The translations under genes were made by a program, and so were the position numbers. Below the pieces are notes generated by a model. That model did not search any database and had not been told where the DNA came from. It saw nothing but the letters and a program-made list of their open reading frames with translations. A stretch of DNA of 64,000 nt from an uncultured Thermoanaerobaculia bacterium (lineage in GTDB: Bacteria > Acidobacteriota > JBCCFW01): assembly GCA_964613915.1 (NCBI GenBank), contig CAZTIW010000001.1, forward strand, positions 123,741 to 187,740. Reading direction: 5' to 3'. Positions 30,716 through 40,663 of this stretch are shown here, piece after piece; the first letter of the stretch is position 1; each line of letters starts with the position of its first letter.

Positions 30716-32002
30716 TCAGGCGGGGTGAAGCCACCAGTCCTGCGGCCAGGCGCGCAGCCCCTCTGGCCAGTACAGGATGATGGGGATGCCGACCAGGATC
30801 GCGATCACGAAGGCCACGGCCACGAGGATCCGGTGGCGGCGGCTCCCCAGGGCGACCGCCAGGCCACCCTTGAACGCGAGGTTGCTGAGCGCGCCGACCA
30901 TGATCACGCGCCACCCCACGTTCGCCTCGAGCTGACCATCGCGCACGAGCTGCGCCGTGGACAGCGTGATGGCGTCCACGTCGGTGAGGCCCGACAGGAT
31001 CGCGACGACCGTGAGCCCGGCATCGCCGAACATCCGCCGGCTCAATGCGATCCCGACGATGACGACCGCGTAGAGGCCGCCGAAGACGAGCGCCGTCTTG
31101 AGTTGCGCCGGGTTCTCGTCCCCCGCCAGCGTGACCGGCTCGCCGCTCTTGCGGCGCATCAGCACGAACACCGACGCCGCGAGCGCGAGCAGCACGATCA
31201 GCAGCGGGATGGCCGCGATCGCCAGCAAGCCAGGCGCGACGATCGCGATCTCCACGCCGATGCGGACGAACGTGGTGGCGGACGCGACGATCACGACGAC
31301 CGCGGCCACGTGTCCGAGCCCTGCCGTCGCGCGCGTGCGCCGCGCCTGATCCACCGTGGTCGCGGTGGACGAGATGAGTCCGCCGACGATGCCCGCCAGC
31401 ATCGCGCCCGCCTTCGGACCGAGCACGCGGTACGCCGCATGGCCGACCAGACCGATACCCACGATGAGCACGACCATCATCCAGATGCGCCGCGGGTTCA
31501 GCACGCCGAGCGGGTCGCGAGCCTGGTCGGGCAGGAGCGGCAGGATGACCAGCGCGATCAGCACGAACGTCATGACCGCGCGCACCTCCGCGTCGGCCAG
31601 CTTTCGGACCGTCGCGTGGAGCGGCGCCTTGAAGTGCAGCAGGAGCGCCACCGTCGCGCCGGTCGCCACCGCCGCGATGGCGGGCCCGAGGATGGCCAGA
31701 GCGCCCACGCCGAACATGACGAGCGCGGCCACCTCGCTGGTCAGGTCGGGGATGGACGGACCCGTGCGTGACCGCGCCACGTGACCGACGGCCAGCAGGA
31801 ACGCCAGGGCCACCGCCGTCGCGCCGAGCATCCAGGGCGCCGCGTGGGCGCTCGAGAGGTGCCCGAACACGGCTCCCATCAGCGTGATCAGCGCGAACGT
31901 GCGGATGCCGCCGAGCTGTGCCTGCGCTCGCTCGCGCTGGAAGCCGACGAGAAGGCCGAGCCCGAGCGCGAGGCCCAGGCCCTGGATCAGATGCGGTGGC
32001 AT
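30716..32002 (-). CDS. MgtC-family/DUF4010 integral membrane protein
   Basis: N-terminal MgtC-like LGLALGLGLLVGFQRE followed by about 10 TM helices. Confidence 0.6.
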   Translation of the reverse strand: MPPHLIQGLGLALGLGLLVGFQRERAQAQLGGIRTFALITLMGAVFGHLSSAHAAPWMLGATAVALAFLLAVGHVARSRTGPSIPDLTSEVAALVMFGVGALAILGPAIAAVATGATVALLLHFKAPLHATVRKLADAEVRAVMTFVLIALVILPLLPDQARDPLGVLNPRRIWMMVVLIVGIGLVGHAAYRVLGPKAGAMLAGIVGGLISSTATTVDQARRTRATAGLGHVAAVVVIVASATTFVRIGVEIAIVAPGLLAIAAIPLLIVLLALAASVFVLMRRKSGEPVTLAGDENPAQLKTALVFGGLYAVVIVGIALSRRMFGDAGLTVVAILSGLTDVDAITLSTAQLVRDGQLEANVGWRVIMVGALSNLAFKGGLAVALGSRRHRILVAVAFVIAILVGIPIILYWPEGLRAWPQDWWLHPA

Positions 32003-32156
32003 GTCCGAACTCCGCCGCGGACCATCGCCCCCCTTGCCCCGGGGGCCGCGCCCGCGCGGCGCTAGCCTAGATCACCCGCCGCGATTCGGAGGCATCCGCT
32101 GCGCGCGCGAGCGGCCTCGGGCCATCCATGGCAACACGGCAAGACCCCGCGCCCGC

Positions 32157-32186
32157 TTGACAGGATATTGCTGTAGCAGCAATATG
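32157..32186 (+). promoter_or_regulatory. Sigma70-like promoter (TTGACA, 17 bp, CAATAT) overlapping a perfect 9-3-9 palindrome ATATTGCTG-TAG-CAGCAATAT (putative operator), ~90 nt upstream of the RCC1/TSP3 gene
   Basis: TTGACA 32157-32162; palindrome 32165-32185; the -10 CAATAT at 32180-32185 lies inside the right half-site. Confidence 0.45.
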
Positions 32187-32274
32187 GCATGGGAAGTGGC
32201 CGGAATCTGCCGGCGGCGCCGACGGGGCGCCTGGCTCGCGGCGCGCCGGAGGGTCGCTCCCCTGGGGGTGGCGG

Positions 32275-35200
32275 ATGGGATTGGACGCGGCTGACCGATC
32301 GGCGCGAGACGCCGGTTCGAGCGTGCGTGGCCCGACGAGGTCCCGGGTGGGACCCGGGCTCGAACGCCGCGCGGCGCGTGCGCTCATCGGCGCCCTGCTG
32401 CTCTTGCTCGTTCCTCCTGCGGCGGCCGGGACCTGCGATCCCCCGATCGCGGCCGGCACGCACCATGTTCTCCAGGTCCGCGCGGACGACTCGGTGTGGG
32501 GCTGGGGCGACAACTCCGTCGGCCAGCTGGGCGTGAGCCTGCCCGCGGGCCAGCTGGAGTCGCGCGTGCCGGTGGAGATCGCCGCGCTCCGCGGGCGCGG
32601 CGTGGTGGCCGTCGCCGCGGGGCTGGGACACTCGCTGGCGTTGCTCTCGGACGGCGGCGTTCTCTCGTGGGGCTACAACGCGTACGGACAGCTCGGTCAC
32701 GGAACCAACCGCAACGAGGCGGCGCCCAGGCGCATCGTCGGCCTGCGCAACGTGATCGCGATTGCCGCCGGAGGCTGGCATTCGCTGGCGGTCACCGATG
32801 ACGGCACGACCTGGGCCTGGGGCGCCAACTCGTGGGGACAGCTCGGTGATGGACGAGCGGGCGTGAGCTCGTGGTCGCCCGTCCGCGTCGGCGGGGGCCT
32901 GACCGGCGTGGTGGCGGTCGCCGGAGGTCGCTTGCACTCGCTGGGCCTTCGCGCCGATGGCAGCGTCTGGGCGTGGGGAAGCGACAACAGCGGTGAGTGC
33001 GGCAGCGACGAGGTCACGACCTCAGCGCCGTCGCCCGTGCGCGCCGCCATCACGGATGTCACGAGGATCGCCGCCGGGGCGTCCCACTCGCTCGCCGTCA
33101 CGAGTGATGGCGCCGCGTGGGCCTGGGGATCGGGATCGCTCGGCGAGATCGGCGACGGCGCGCTGCGCGACCAGCCACTGCCGACGCGCGTCACGCTCGC
33201 GGGTCCCGTGCGCGCGATCGCGGGCGGAGGCGCCCACTCCGTGGCCGTCACGATGGACGGCACCGCGTTCGCGTGGGGCTTCGGCGGCAGCGGGCTGCGC
33301 GGTGACGGCACGACCGGCGACGCTCCCGTGCCCGTCGCCGTGACCGGCGTCGTCCGCGCGCGCACGTGTGCGGCCGGCGGCTCGTTCAGCGTCTTCGGGA
33401 TCGGCGACGGCACCGTGCGGACGCTGGGCACCGGCACGGTCGGCACGCTCGGCGACGGCCGTGAGGGCTACCGCGCGCTCGCCCGGGACGTGAGCGCCGG
33501 GCTCGTCGCAAGCGACATCGCCGGCATGGCGGAGGGCTTCATGGCGGTGACGCCCGCGGGCGAGGCCCTCACCTGGGGTTACAACCAGGACGGCCAGCTC
33601 GGTGACGGCACGACGGACCACTCGGCCACGCCCGTCGTGGTCGGCGGCGTTTCCGGCGCCGCGCGCGTGGCTGGCTCGCACGCGGGCTTCGCGCTCCTGT
33701 CCGATCGCACGCTCCGCTCGTGGGGGTTCAACGCCAGCGGACAGCTCGGTGACGGGACCACGGCGTCGAGCGCGAACGCCGGCGCGGTCCTGGACCCTGC
33801 CGATCCCAGCGGCACGCTGACGGACGTCGTCCGCGTGTCGGCGGGGCCCTTCCACGTGCTCGCCGTGAAGGGTGACGGCAGCTGCTGGGGATGGGGTTCG
33901 GGCTTTCACGGCGCGCTCGGCCCGCCGACTCCGGGCGATCGCCTGCTGCCCGCGCGCGTGGCGGATCCCGCGGATCCCACGGGGTTCCTCTCGGGCGTGG
34001 CGGACGTGTCGGCCGGACGCGTCCATTCGCTCGCTCTCATGGCCGACGGGACCGTCCGCGCGTGGGGCAGCAACTGGTACGGACAGCTCGGCGCCGGCCA
34101 GTTCCTGGACGACGACCGCCCGGTCGCGGTGGCCGGCATCGCGGGCGCGACGGCCGTGTCGGCGGGGAGCTTTCACTCCCTCGCGCTCCTCGCCGACGGC
34201 TCGATGCTCTCCTGGGGATCGAACGCGTACGGCCAGCTCGGCAACGGCACCACGCTGGACTGGTTGTCGCCGACGAACGTGAACGCGAGCACGCCGTGCG
34301 TGGCCATCGCCGCCGGCGAGACCTTCTCGCTGGCCCTCACGTCGGCCGGCAACGTTCTGGCCTGGGGCAGCAACTTCACGGGCCAGCTCGGCACCGGCGA
34401 CCGCATCAGCCGCACGCAGCCGACGCTCGTGCTGGACCCGAGCGATCCCAGCGGCCTCTTGAGCGGCATCGTTCGCATCGCGACCTCGGCCGGCGCCGCC
34501 GCCGCGCTCGACGCGAGCGGGCGGATCATCACCTGGGGCAGCAACGCCTACGGGAAGCTCGCCGAGGGCGCGTTCGCCAACGCGACGACGCCGGCGCAAC
34601 CCGACACGGGGAGCCTGCCCGACGCCGACGGCGACGGCGCGTGGGACGCCTGCGACACGTGCCCCCTCGTGCCGGATCCGTCGCAGGAGGACAGGGACCT
34701 CGACGGCGCCGGCGACGCGTGCGATGAGTGCACCGACTCCGACTTCGATGGCTTCGGCGATCCGGGGCACCCGCTCGAGCCATGCGCGATCGACAACTGT
34801 CCCGACGTCGCGAATCCATCGCAGGAGGACGCCGACGGCGACGGCGAGGGCGACGCTTGCGACGCGTGCACCGACACGGACGGCGACGGCTTCGGCGAAC
34901 CCGGCCTCCCCGCCAGCACCTGTCCCCCGGACAACTGCCCCGCCATCCCCAACGACCAGCAGGACCGGGACGGCGACGGGCTCGGCGACGCGTGCGACGC
35001 GTGCACCGACTCCGACTTCGACGGGTTCGGCGATCCAGGCAATCCGGGCGAGCCCTGTCCGGTGGACAACTGTCCCGGCGTCGCGAACCCGTCGCAGGCC
35101 GATGCCGACGGGGATGGCGAGGGAGACGGCTGCGACGCGTGCACCGACACGGATGGCGACGGATTCGGAGACCCGGGGTTCCCGGCGAACGCCTGCCCCG

Positions 35201-35577
35201 CCGACAACTGCCCCGATCTCGTGAACGATCAGCAGGACACCGACGGAGACGGGGCCGGCGACGCCTGCGATCCGTGCGTGGACGATCCGGCCAACACGTG
35301 CGACGACATGCCTCTCCTGCGCCACGGATCCATCAGCATCCGCGCGGTCACGCTCTACCCATGGATCCTGACGGCCGGAGGGGATCCCGTGCTCGATCCG
35401 GCGCGCGACCTGTACCTGTCCGACGTGCGGTGGATGCCGTCGGTGACGGTGCGGGGCGACGCCGCCTTCGTGGGCGAACGCAACCCGGGCGTGATCGTCT
35501 TCTACGAGGTCGTGAACGCCTCCGGGCCGCTGCGCGCGACCAAGGCAGGGAGCGATGTCGTGCTGTCAGGCTGGTAG
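32275..35577 (+). CDS. Large secreted protein with N-terminal RCC1 (beta-propeller) repeats and C-terminal thrombospondin type-3 (Ca-binding DxDxDGxxDxxD) repeats
   Basis: Repeated [12 protein letters not shown] / [12 protein letters not shown] / [10 protein letters not shown] units (RCC1); tandem DADGDGxxDACDxCPxxxNPSQxDxDGDGxGDACDxCTD units (TSP3); signal-like [16 protein letters not shown]. Confidence 0.75.
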   Translation: MGLDAADRSARDAGSSVRGPTRSRVGPGLERRAARALIGALLLLLVPPAAAGTCDPPIAAGTHHVLQVRADDSVWGWGDNSVGQLGVSLPAGQLESRVPVEIAALRGRGVVAVAAGLGHSLALLSDGGVLSWGYNAYGQLGHGTNRNEAAPRRIVGLRNVIAIAAGGWHSLAVTDDGTTWAWGANSWGQLGDGRAGVSSWSPVRVGGGLTGVVAVAGGRLHSLGLRADGSVWAWGSDNSGECGSDEVTTSAPSPVRAAITDVTRIAAGASHSLAVTSDGAAWAWGSGSLGEIGDGALRDQPLPTRVTLAGPVRAIAGGGAHSVAVTMDGTAFAWGFGGSGLRGDGTTGDAPVPVAVTGVVRARTCAAGGSFSVFGIGDGTVRTLGTGTVGTLGDGREGYRALARDVSAGLVASDIAGMAEGFMAVTPAGEALTWGYNQDGQLGDGTTDHSATPVVVGGVSGAARVAGSHAGFALLSDRTLRSWGFNASGQLGDGTTASSANAGAVLDPADPSGTLTDVVRVSAGPFHVLAVKGDGSCWGWGSGFHGALGPPTPGDRLLPARVADPADPTGFLSGVADVSAGRVHSLALMADGTVRAWGSNWYGQLGAGQFLDDDRPVAVAGIAGATAVSAGSFHSLALLADGSMLSWGSNAYGQLGNGTTLDWLSPTNVNASTPCVAIAAGETFSLALTSAGNVLAWGSNFTGQLGTGDRISRTQPTLVLDPSDPSGLLSGIVRIATSAGAAAALDASGRIITWGSNAYGKLAEGAFANATTPAQPDTGSLPDADGDGAWDACDTCPLVPDPSQEDRDLDGAGDACDECTDSDFDGFGDPGHPLEPCAIDNCPDVANPSQEDADGDGEGDACDACTDTDGDGFGEPGLPASTCPPDNCPAIPNDQQDRDGDGLGDACDACTDSDFDGFGDPGNPGEPCPVDNCPGVANPSQADADGDGEGDGCDACTDTDGDGFGDPGFPANACPADNCPDLVNDQQDTDGDGAGDACDPCVDDPANTCDDMPLLRHGSISIRAVTLYPWILTAGGDPVLDPARDLYLSDVRWMPSVTVRGDAAFVGERNPGVIVFYEVVNASGPLRATKAGSDVVLSGW

Positions 35578-35670
35578 GGTCTTCGTCCTCCATGTCCCGC
35601 CATCTTGCGAGGACCCTGAAGGACGAGCCCTTCATGCACGCGCGCAGCGCGTGGCGGGAGGAGGCGAGGC

Positions 35671-35790
35671 GTGCGAAGCACCCGAGAGACGAAACGCGAA
35701 CGCGTTTCGTCCTCAGCAGAGGGCCGCCCCGACCGACGAGGGCGAGCGGTGCGAAGCACCCGAGAGACGAAACGCGAACGCGTTTCGTCC
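35671..35790. repeat. Two copies of a 42-bp direct repeat (35671-35712 and 35749-35790), each holding a perfect hairpin GACGAAACGCG-aa-CGCGTTTCGTC, between the convergent giant genes (tandem terminators or REP-like element)
   Basis: gtgcgaagcacccgagagacgaaacgcgaacgcgtttcgtcc occurs twice; the hairpins are at 35688-35711 and 35766-35789. Confidence 0.6.
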
Positions 35791-35876
35791 GGAAAGGCTG
35801 GTCCCCCCTGCATGAATGCGCGGCGGCTCCGACCGTGCGGCCCTGTTCGGTTCTGCCTGAGCCGCGCTGCCCCGCC

Positions 35877-38800
35877 TCACGGCCCGACGCCGGTGCTGCC
35901 GTAGCTCTCGGCTGGCCCGAACGTGCCGTCGGTTCCGCCGTCGCGGACGAGGATGTACACGTCGGTGCCCGCGCGCGGATCGAGGAGCGCGAGCTGCTCG
36001 TCCTGCGGCGAACCGTCGGCGTCCTCGAGCCGCACGCTGGTGAACCCGGGATCCGTGGGCCACGTGCCGGCGCGAGAGAGCGACGGCCGGGCCGTGGACG
36101 CGATCGCCACGTCGTAACGGTCGTGGCACGGGTGGAGGCTCGCCTGCCAGCTGACGTGCAGGCCGCCCGCCTCCTTGCGCACCATGACGAGCTGGACGGG
36201 CGCGTCGGACGGGCAGCCGCCCGACACGACGTCGTGACGCACGAGACGCACGCAGCCCGCGGCGTCCTGGATCTCGAGCTCCACGGTCACCGTCTGCTGG
36301 GGGCCCATCGGGAACGTGAGCGTGGGTCCGGTGCCGTCGGGGATGCCGTCGGCGCCGATGTCCCACGTGAACTGCACGCCGCCGGAGGGGCTCGTGCCGG
36401 TGGCGGTGAGATCCGCCTGGAACGAGCCGGGGCCGAGATAGCTGACCACCGACGTGAAGTCGCCCGTCAGGTAGTCCGGCACGTCAATGGTCACGAACGC
36501 TTGCGCGGAACAGCCCTCGCCGTCCGTGATCGTCACGGTCTCCACGTAACTCCCGGGCGTCAGGACGCCGCGGCCCCGACCCGTGCCGTCATCGAGCAGG
36601 TTCGTGAAGGTGAACGTCCAGTTCCCGTCGCCGCCGCCACCCGTCGCCACGAGGGTCGTGTCGCCGGTGCAGGGATCCACGACCGGCGAGCCGAGCGAGA
36701 GCGTCAGCTCCGGATTGATCGCGATGGGATCAGAGAGTCCCGTCGCGGAGCAACCCGCGGCGTCGGTCAGCGTGACGCGAGCCTGCGTCAGCGTGCCGAA
36801 CGGGAACGCGCCCGTGCCCGTGCCGGCGCCGTCGTCCGCGAGGATGTCCCACGTGAACACGTAGGGACCCACTCCGCCGGCGGCCGTGGCGAGAACCGAA
36901 ACGTCACCGGTGCAGTGGTCAACGACGGGGACCGCGAGCGTCACGGCGAGCTCGGCGTGAACGTCCACCACGACGCTCGTCCGGTGCTCGCATCCGTTCG
37001 AATCGAGGACGGTCAGGGTCGTCGTGGTCGGCCCGATGCCGAAGAAGGTCGTCGGCGGCGGATCGTCCGCGGTCGAGTCCTCCGTCCCGTCACCGTCGAA
37101 GTCCCATGACCACGCCACGATGGTGGCCGGCCCGGCGGCCGACGAGCCACGCCCGTCAAAGTCCACCGGCTCATCCGTGCAGGTCGCGAGGCGGCTGGCG
37201 GCGATCACCGCCGCCGGCGGCAAGGTGACGCGCACGATGCGCATGAGCGTGGACTGCCCGCACGGGTTGGTCACGCGCAGCGTCACCGGGTGGTCGCCGG
37301 CGCTCGCGAACGTCCAGTCGGGATCGGGAACGTCCGAATCCTCCCGGCCGTCGTTGTTGAAGTCCCAGGACCACGCGAGAGGCGGCCCGGGGGACAGGTC
37401 CACGAAGGACACCGTGGCGCCCCCTGGCCCGAGACAGGCGGGCATCGTGAAGTCGAAGTCCGCCACGGGCGGGATGCCGTAGTCTCGGTCGGTGGCCTCG
37501 GCATGCGCGAAGTTCGAGTCCGTCAGGCCGAAGTTGTTGGGCCCGTCCGAGCAGTTGCCGGAGTTCTCGGCACGGACCACGTACGAGTAGAGGAGGCCCG
37601 GCACCGCGGTCGTGTCCGTGTACGTCGTTCCCGTGACTCCGAACGCCAGGAGGGTCGAGGCGTCCGGCGTGAAGCCGGGATCCGTGGATCGGTAGATGAC
37701 GTACGTGCCGCTCCCGCCCAGCCCCCAGCTGATCACGGGATCCCAGTCGAGCCGGATCCCGTCCGTCTCGCAGGGCGCGATGTCGGTCGCGCTCAGGATG
37801 CCGTCGAAGGTCGGAGGCGGGCTGCATCCCACCGTGAACGTCACCTGCCTCGAAGAGATCAGGAAGCCGCACGACGCCAGCCAGGTGGTGCGCAGCGTCC
37901 AGACGCCGCTGCGCGAGTACGTCACGGGCTGGGTCACGAAGCGATCGCCGAGCGTCTCGCCCGAGTAGACGTCCAGGCCGGCCGTGCTCGACGTGACGGC
38001 GCCAGCGGACCACGCGGCGACGGTGCCGTTCATGCGCACGTAGTCCTCGCCCGCGTCGGGCCGGCCGTTGCCGTTGGCGTCGAAGTAGGCCACGTGCTCG
38101 ATGCGCGAGGCGATGATGTCAATGGACGTGGGGTTCGACACGTCCGCATAGGCCACGAGCGCGTCGCCGCTGAGCACGTAGAGGTCCGCTCCCGTGTCGT
38201 TGAGAGACACGCGGGCGCCACCCGAGACGAGATCCCGCATCTCGAAGGTCACCGTGCCCGAGGGCCCGACGTCCACGTAGCTGGCCCCTTGCTTCTCCTG
38301 GAGCTTCACGGTCCAGGTGCCGAGAAGGGGCGCCGGGCCGCCGTCGAAGAAGTCGTCGAGCGCTCCGTTCGAGTAGGGGGCAACGTCCGCGCTGGTGCGG
38401 ACCGCCGTTCCGAGCGCGTCGAGCCACAGGAAGCGATAGGTGCCGCCCCCCGAGCGAAAGGCCAGCACGTAGATGGTCGAGCACTGGCCGAAGAACTGGG
38501 TCGACGGCCGCGCGAAGAGGGGATCGGAGTACGAGAGCATCCCGAACACCGTGATCGTGTCGGTGGCCGTGTCCTGGATGGGCGCAGAGCCCGCGGTGCC
38601 CGTCGTGCGCACGGTGTCCACCTGGCCGTGCGTGGCGCCCGCCGGAATGCGCACGCGCGTGATGAGCGGGAACCTCCCGCCATCGCCAGGAACGGGCCCG
38701 GTGGACGTGATGACGCGCGACTGATCCGGATCGCCGTCGTCGTTCGGATCGTCCATCGTCGCCGTCGCGCTCCCGAGGGTCGAGGTCGTGGCGAGGCCGA

Positions 38801-40388
38801 ACGTGTCCGTGGCGGGCCCGGAGTTGATCAGATCGTGGGGGAAGTAAAGCGTCTTCCCGCGCTGGCCCTTGCCCGAGCGGTCCGGCTGAACCCGGAGCGC
38901 CGTCGCCACCACGCGGATCGTGTCGAGGAGCGTCGCCGTGTTCACGCCATCGCTGACCCAGATGTCCACGTCATCCCGGATGCCGACGGGGGCGCCGACA
39001 GGCACGTTGACGACCAGCACGATGGGCCGGCAGGTCCCGTCCGGAACGGAGCCCACGTCCGGGTCGCCGTCAGCGTCGGTGTCCGACAGCGGCGCTCCGT
39101 CAGCCGGATCGCCGTCACCGTTCGGATCGCTCCAGAACGTGCCCGTCCAGTTGAGGAGCGAGTCGAAGGTCAGGTCGAGCACGGCGGCCGCGCCGCTGTC
39201 GTTGCAGACGCGGTGCGCGAGGCGCGTGGGCGTGCCGGGCGCGCTCAGCGCGTTCCGGTCGGGCCAGATCGTGACCAGGCCGACGCGCACGCGATCCTCG
39301 GTCTGGACGCGCACCGCGGGCTTGTAGCCCGACGCGGCGAAGACCGTGACGACCTCTTCCGTGCCGACGGCCTGCCTCGCCGGGACACCCACGCGCAGCA
39401 CGTAGTTGCGCACCGCTCCCGCCGCCAGCGCGCCGCCATCAACGAAGCCGTTCCTGTTCGCGTCCACTGCGGGAGCGGGGAAGATGTCGCCCGTGTCCGT
39501 CATGTCGCCATCGCCGTTCGCGTCGCGCCCGAGCAGGGCGCCGTCGGACGGATTGCCGTCACCGTTCGGATCGGACCAGATTTCGAGCGCGAAGCCGAGC
39601 CGCGTGCGAAGGATGAGGTCAATGATGTCGGACGCCGTGCCGTCGTTGGTCACGCGGTGGGGAAAGTCCACCGTGCGGCCGGGCGCCGTCCCCTTCGTCG
39701 CGCCGGGGCTCAGCATCACGCCGACGAGGAACGTGTCCAGGAGATCCGTGTTGTCCTGGATGCCGCCCGGCAGGTTCAGGTTGGTGGACAGGGCTGGCTG
39801 CATGAAGATGGGCGTGCCGGCGGCGATGCCGAGCGACGCCCACGTGATCGAGCACTCGAAACCGATGCCGGAGGAGTCCGCGCTCGCGGCGCCGCCGGAG
39901 GTCGTGACGGACGTGCCGAGAGGGCCGGGCATGCTGACGCCATCGCCGCCCATCGGATCGGGAGTGCCCCCGTCGTTGTAGCGGTAGAGCTCGTAGCTGT
40001 TCAGCGACGAGCCGGTGAACTTGAACACCGCCACGCGATCGGTCGCGGCGTGCATCACCCGGTCATGGCCGTAGTCCATGTAGAAGATGGCATTGAACGA
40101 GTTCGTCCCGGACCCGGTCCGCGAGAAGTAGAGGTACAGGTTGGTGGCGTCCCACGTGAACGCGACGCCCCGCTCGTCGCGCTGGGCCTGCGACGGCATG
40201 TCCGGATCGCCCTGCGCCGCCGATCGATCGGCGACCTTCTGGTCCCGGTCCAGCAGGACCTCCGTCCAGTCGTCAAGATTGCCGTCAATGGTGATCGTCC
40301 GCAGCGTCTTGGCGTCGGCCGGCCCGGGCAGGGCCAGCGCCAGCAGCAGCGCCGCGACAGCGGCTGGGGTCAGGGTTGGGCGAGTCAT
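35877..40388 (-). CDS. Giant (1503 aa) secreted cell-surface protein with PKD/Ig-like and Ca-binding (DPNGDGDP) repeats
   Basis: Signal MTRPTLTPAAVAALLLALALPGPADA; repeated SDPNGDGxPxDG motifs; multiple about 90-aa beta-sandwich-like units (VTLTDAAGCSA..., FTFTN...). Confidence 0.75.
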   Translation of the reverse strand: MTRPTLTPAAVAALLLALALPGPADAKTLRTITIDGNLDDWTEVLLDRDQKVADRSAAQGDPDMPSQAQRDERGVAFTWDATNLYLYFSRTGSGTNSFNAIFYMDYGHDRVMHAATDRVAVFKFTGSSLNSYELYRYNDGGTPDPMGGDGVSMPGPLGTSVTTSGGAASADSSGIGFECSITWASLGIAAGTPIFMQPALSTNLNLPGGIQDNTDLLDTFLVGVMLSPGATKGTAPGRTVDFPHRVTNDGTASDIIDLILRTRLGFALEIWSDPNGDGNPSDGALLGRDANGDGDMTDTGDIFPAPAVDANRNGFVDGGALAAGAVRNYVLRVGVPARQAVGTEEVVTVFAASGYKPAVRVQTEDRVRVGLVTIWPDRNALSAPGTPTRLAHRVCNDSGAAAVLDLTFDSLLNWTGTFWSDPNGDGDPADGAPLSDTDADGDPDVGSVPDGTCRPIVLVVNVPVGAPVGIRDDVDIWVSDGVNTATLLDTIRVVATALRVQPDRSGKGQRGKTLYFPHDLINSGPATDTFGLATTSTLGSATATMDDPNDDGDPDQSRVITSTGPVPGDGGRFPLITRVRIPAGATHGQVDTVRTTGTAGSAPIQDTATDTITVFGMLSYSDPLFARPSTQFFGQCSTIYVLAFRSGGGTYRFLWLDALGTAVRTSADVAPYSNGALDDFFDGGPAPLLGTWTVKLQEKQGASYVDVGPSGTVTFEMRDLVSGGARVSLNDTGADLYVLSGDALVAYADVSNPTSIDIIASRIEHVAYFDANGNGRPDAGEDYVRMNGTVAAWSAGAVTSSTAGLDVYSGETLGDRFVTQPVTYSRSGVWTLRTTWLASCGFLISSRQVTFTVGCSPPPTFDGILSATDIAPCETDGIRLDWDPVISWGLGGSGTYVIYRSTDPGFTPDASTLLAFGVTGTTYTDTTAVPGLLYSYVVRAENSGNCSDGPNNFGLTDSNFAHAEATDRDYGIPPVADFDFTMPACLGPGGATVSFVDLSPGPPLAWSWDFNNDGREDSDVPDPDWTFASAGDHPVTLRVTNPCGQSTLMRIVRVTLPPAAVIAASRLATCTDEPVDFDGRGSSAAGPATIVAWSWDFDGDGTEDSTADDPPPTTFFGIGPTTTTLTVLDSNGCEHRTSVVVDVHAELAVTLAVPVVDHCTGDVSVLATAAGGVGPYVFTWDILADDGAGTGTGAFPFGTLTQARVTLTDAAGCSATGLSDPIAINPELTLSLGSPVVDPCTGDTTLVATGGGGDGNWTFTFTNLLDDGTGRGRGVLTPGSYVETVTITDGEGCSAQAFVTIDVPDYLTGDFTSVVSYLGPGSFQADLTATGTSPSGGVQFTWDIGADGIPDGTGPTLTFPMGPQQTVTVELEIQDAAGCVRLVRHDVVSGGCPSDAPVQLVMVRKEAGGLHVSWQASLHPCHDRYDVAIASTARPSLSRAGTWPTDPGFTSVRLEDADGSPQDEQLALLDPRAGTDVYILVRDGGTDGTFGPAESYGSTGVGP

Positions 40389-40663
40389 GGAGGCCCCCGT
40401 GCCGCACGACAGGTGTCGTGAAGCCGGACTGAGCTTGTACGGAAATCCAATGCCGCCCCCGCCGATGGGAAGTTCGGCAAGCCGAACAACCCACCGGAAG
40501 GCTCGAGACGCGGCTCAGCGGCCGCTCCTGGGCGCACCGCAGCCAGCAGACGCGCTGGCATGGGCACGCAGAGCAAGCGCCGTGCCGACCGCCGCGGGGG
40601 CCCCCTCCCCTCCTCGCGGGGAGCGACGGATCGAGCCCTCCGGCGCCGTGATCGATCGGGCCG

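Noticed and set aside
40389-40663. GC-rich intergenic region upstream of the giant surface gene examined for riboswitch or terminator structure
   Set aside because: Only short direct repeats (CGCGGGG) and no convincing inverted repeat or conserved riboswitch motif could be identified by eye.
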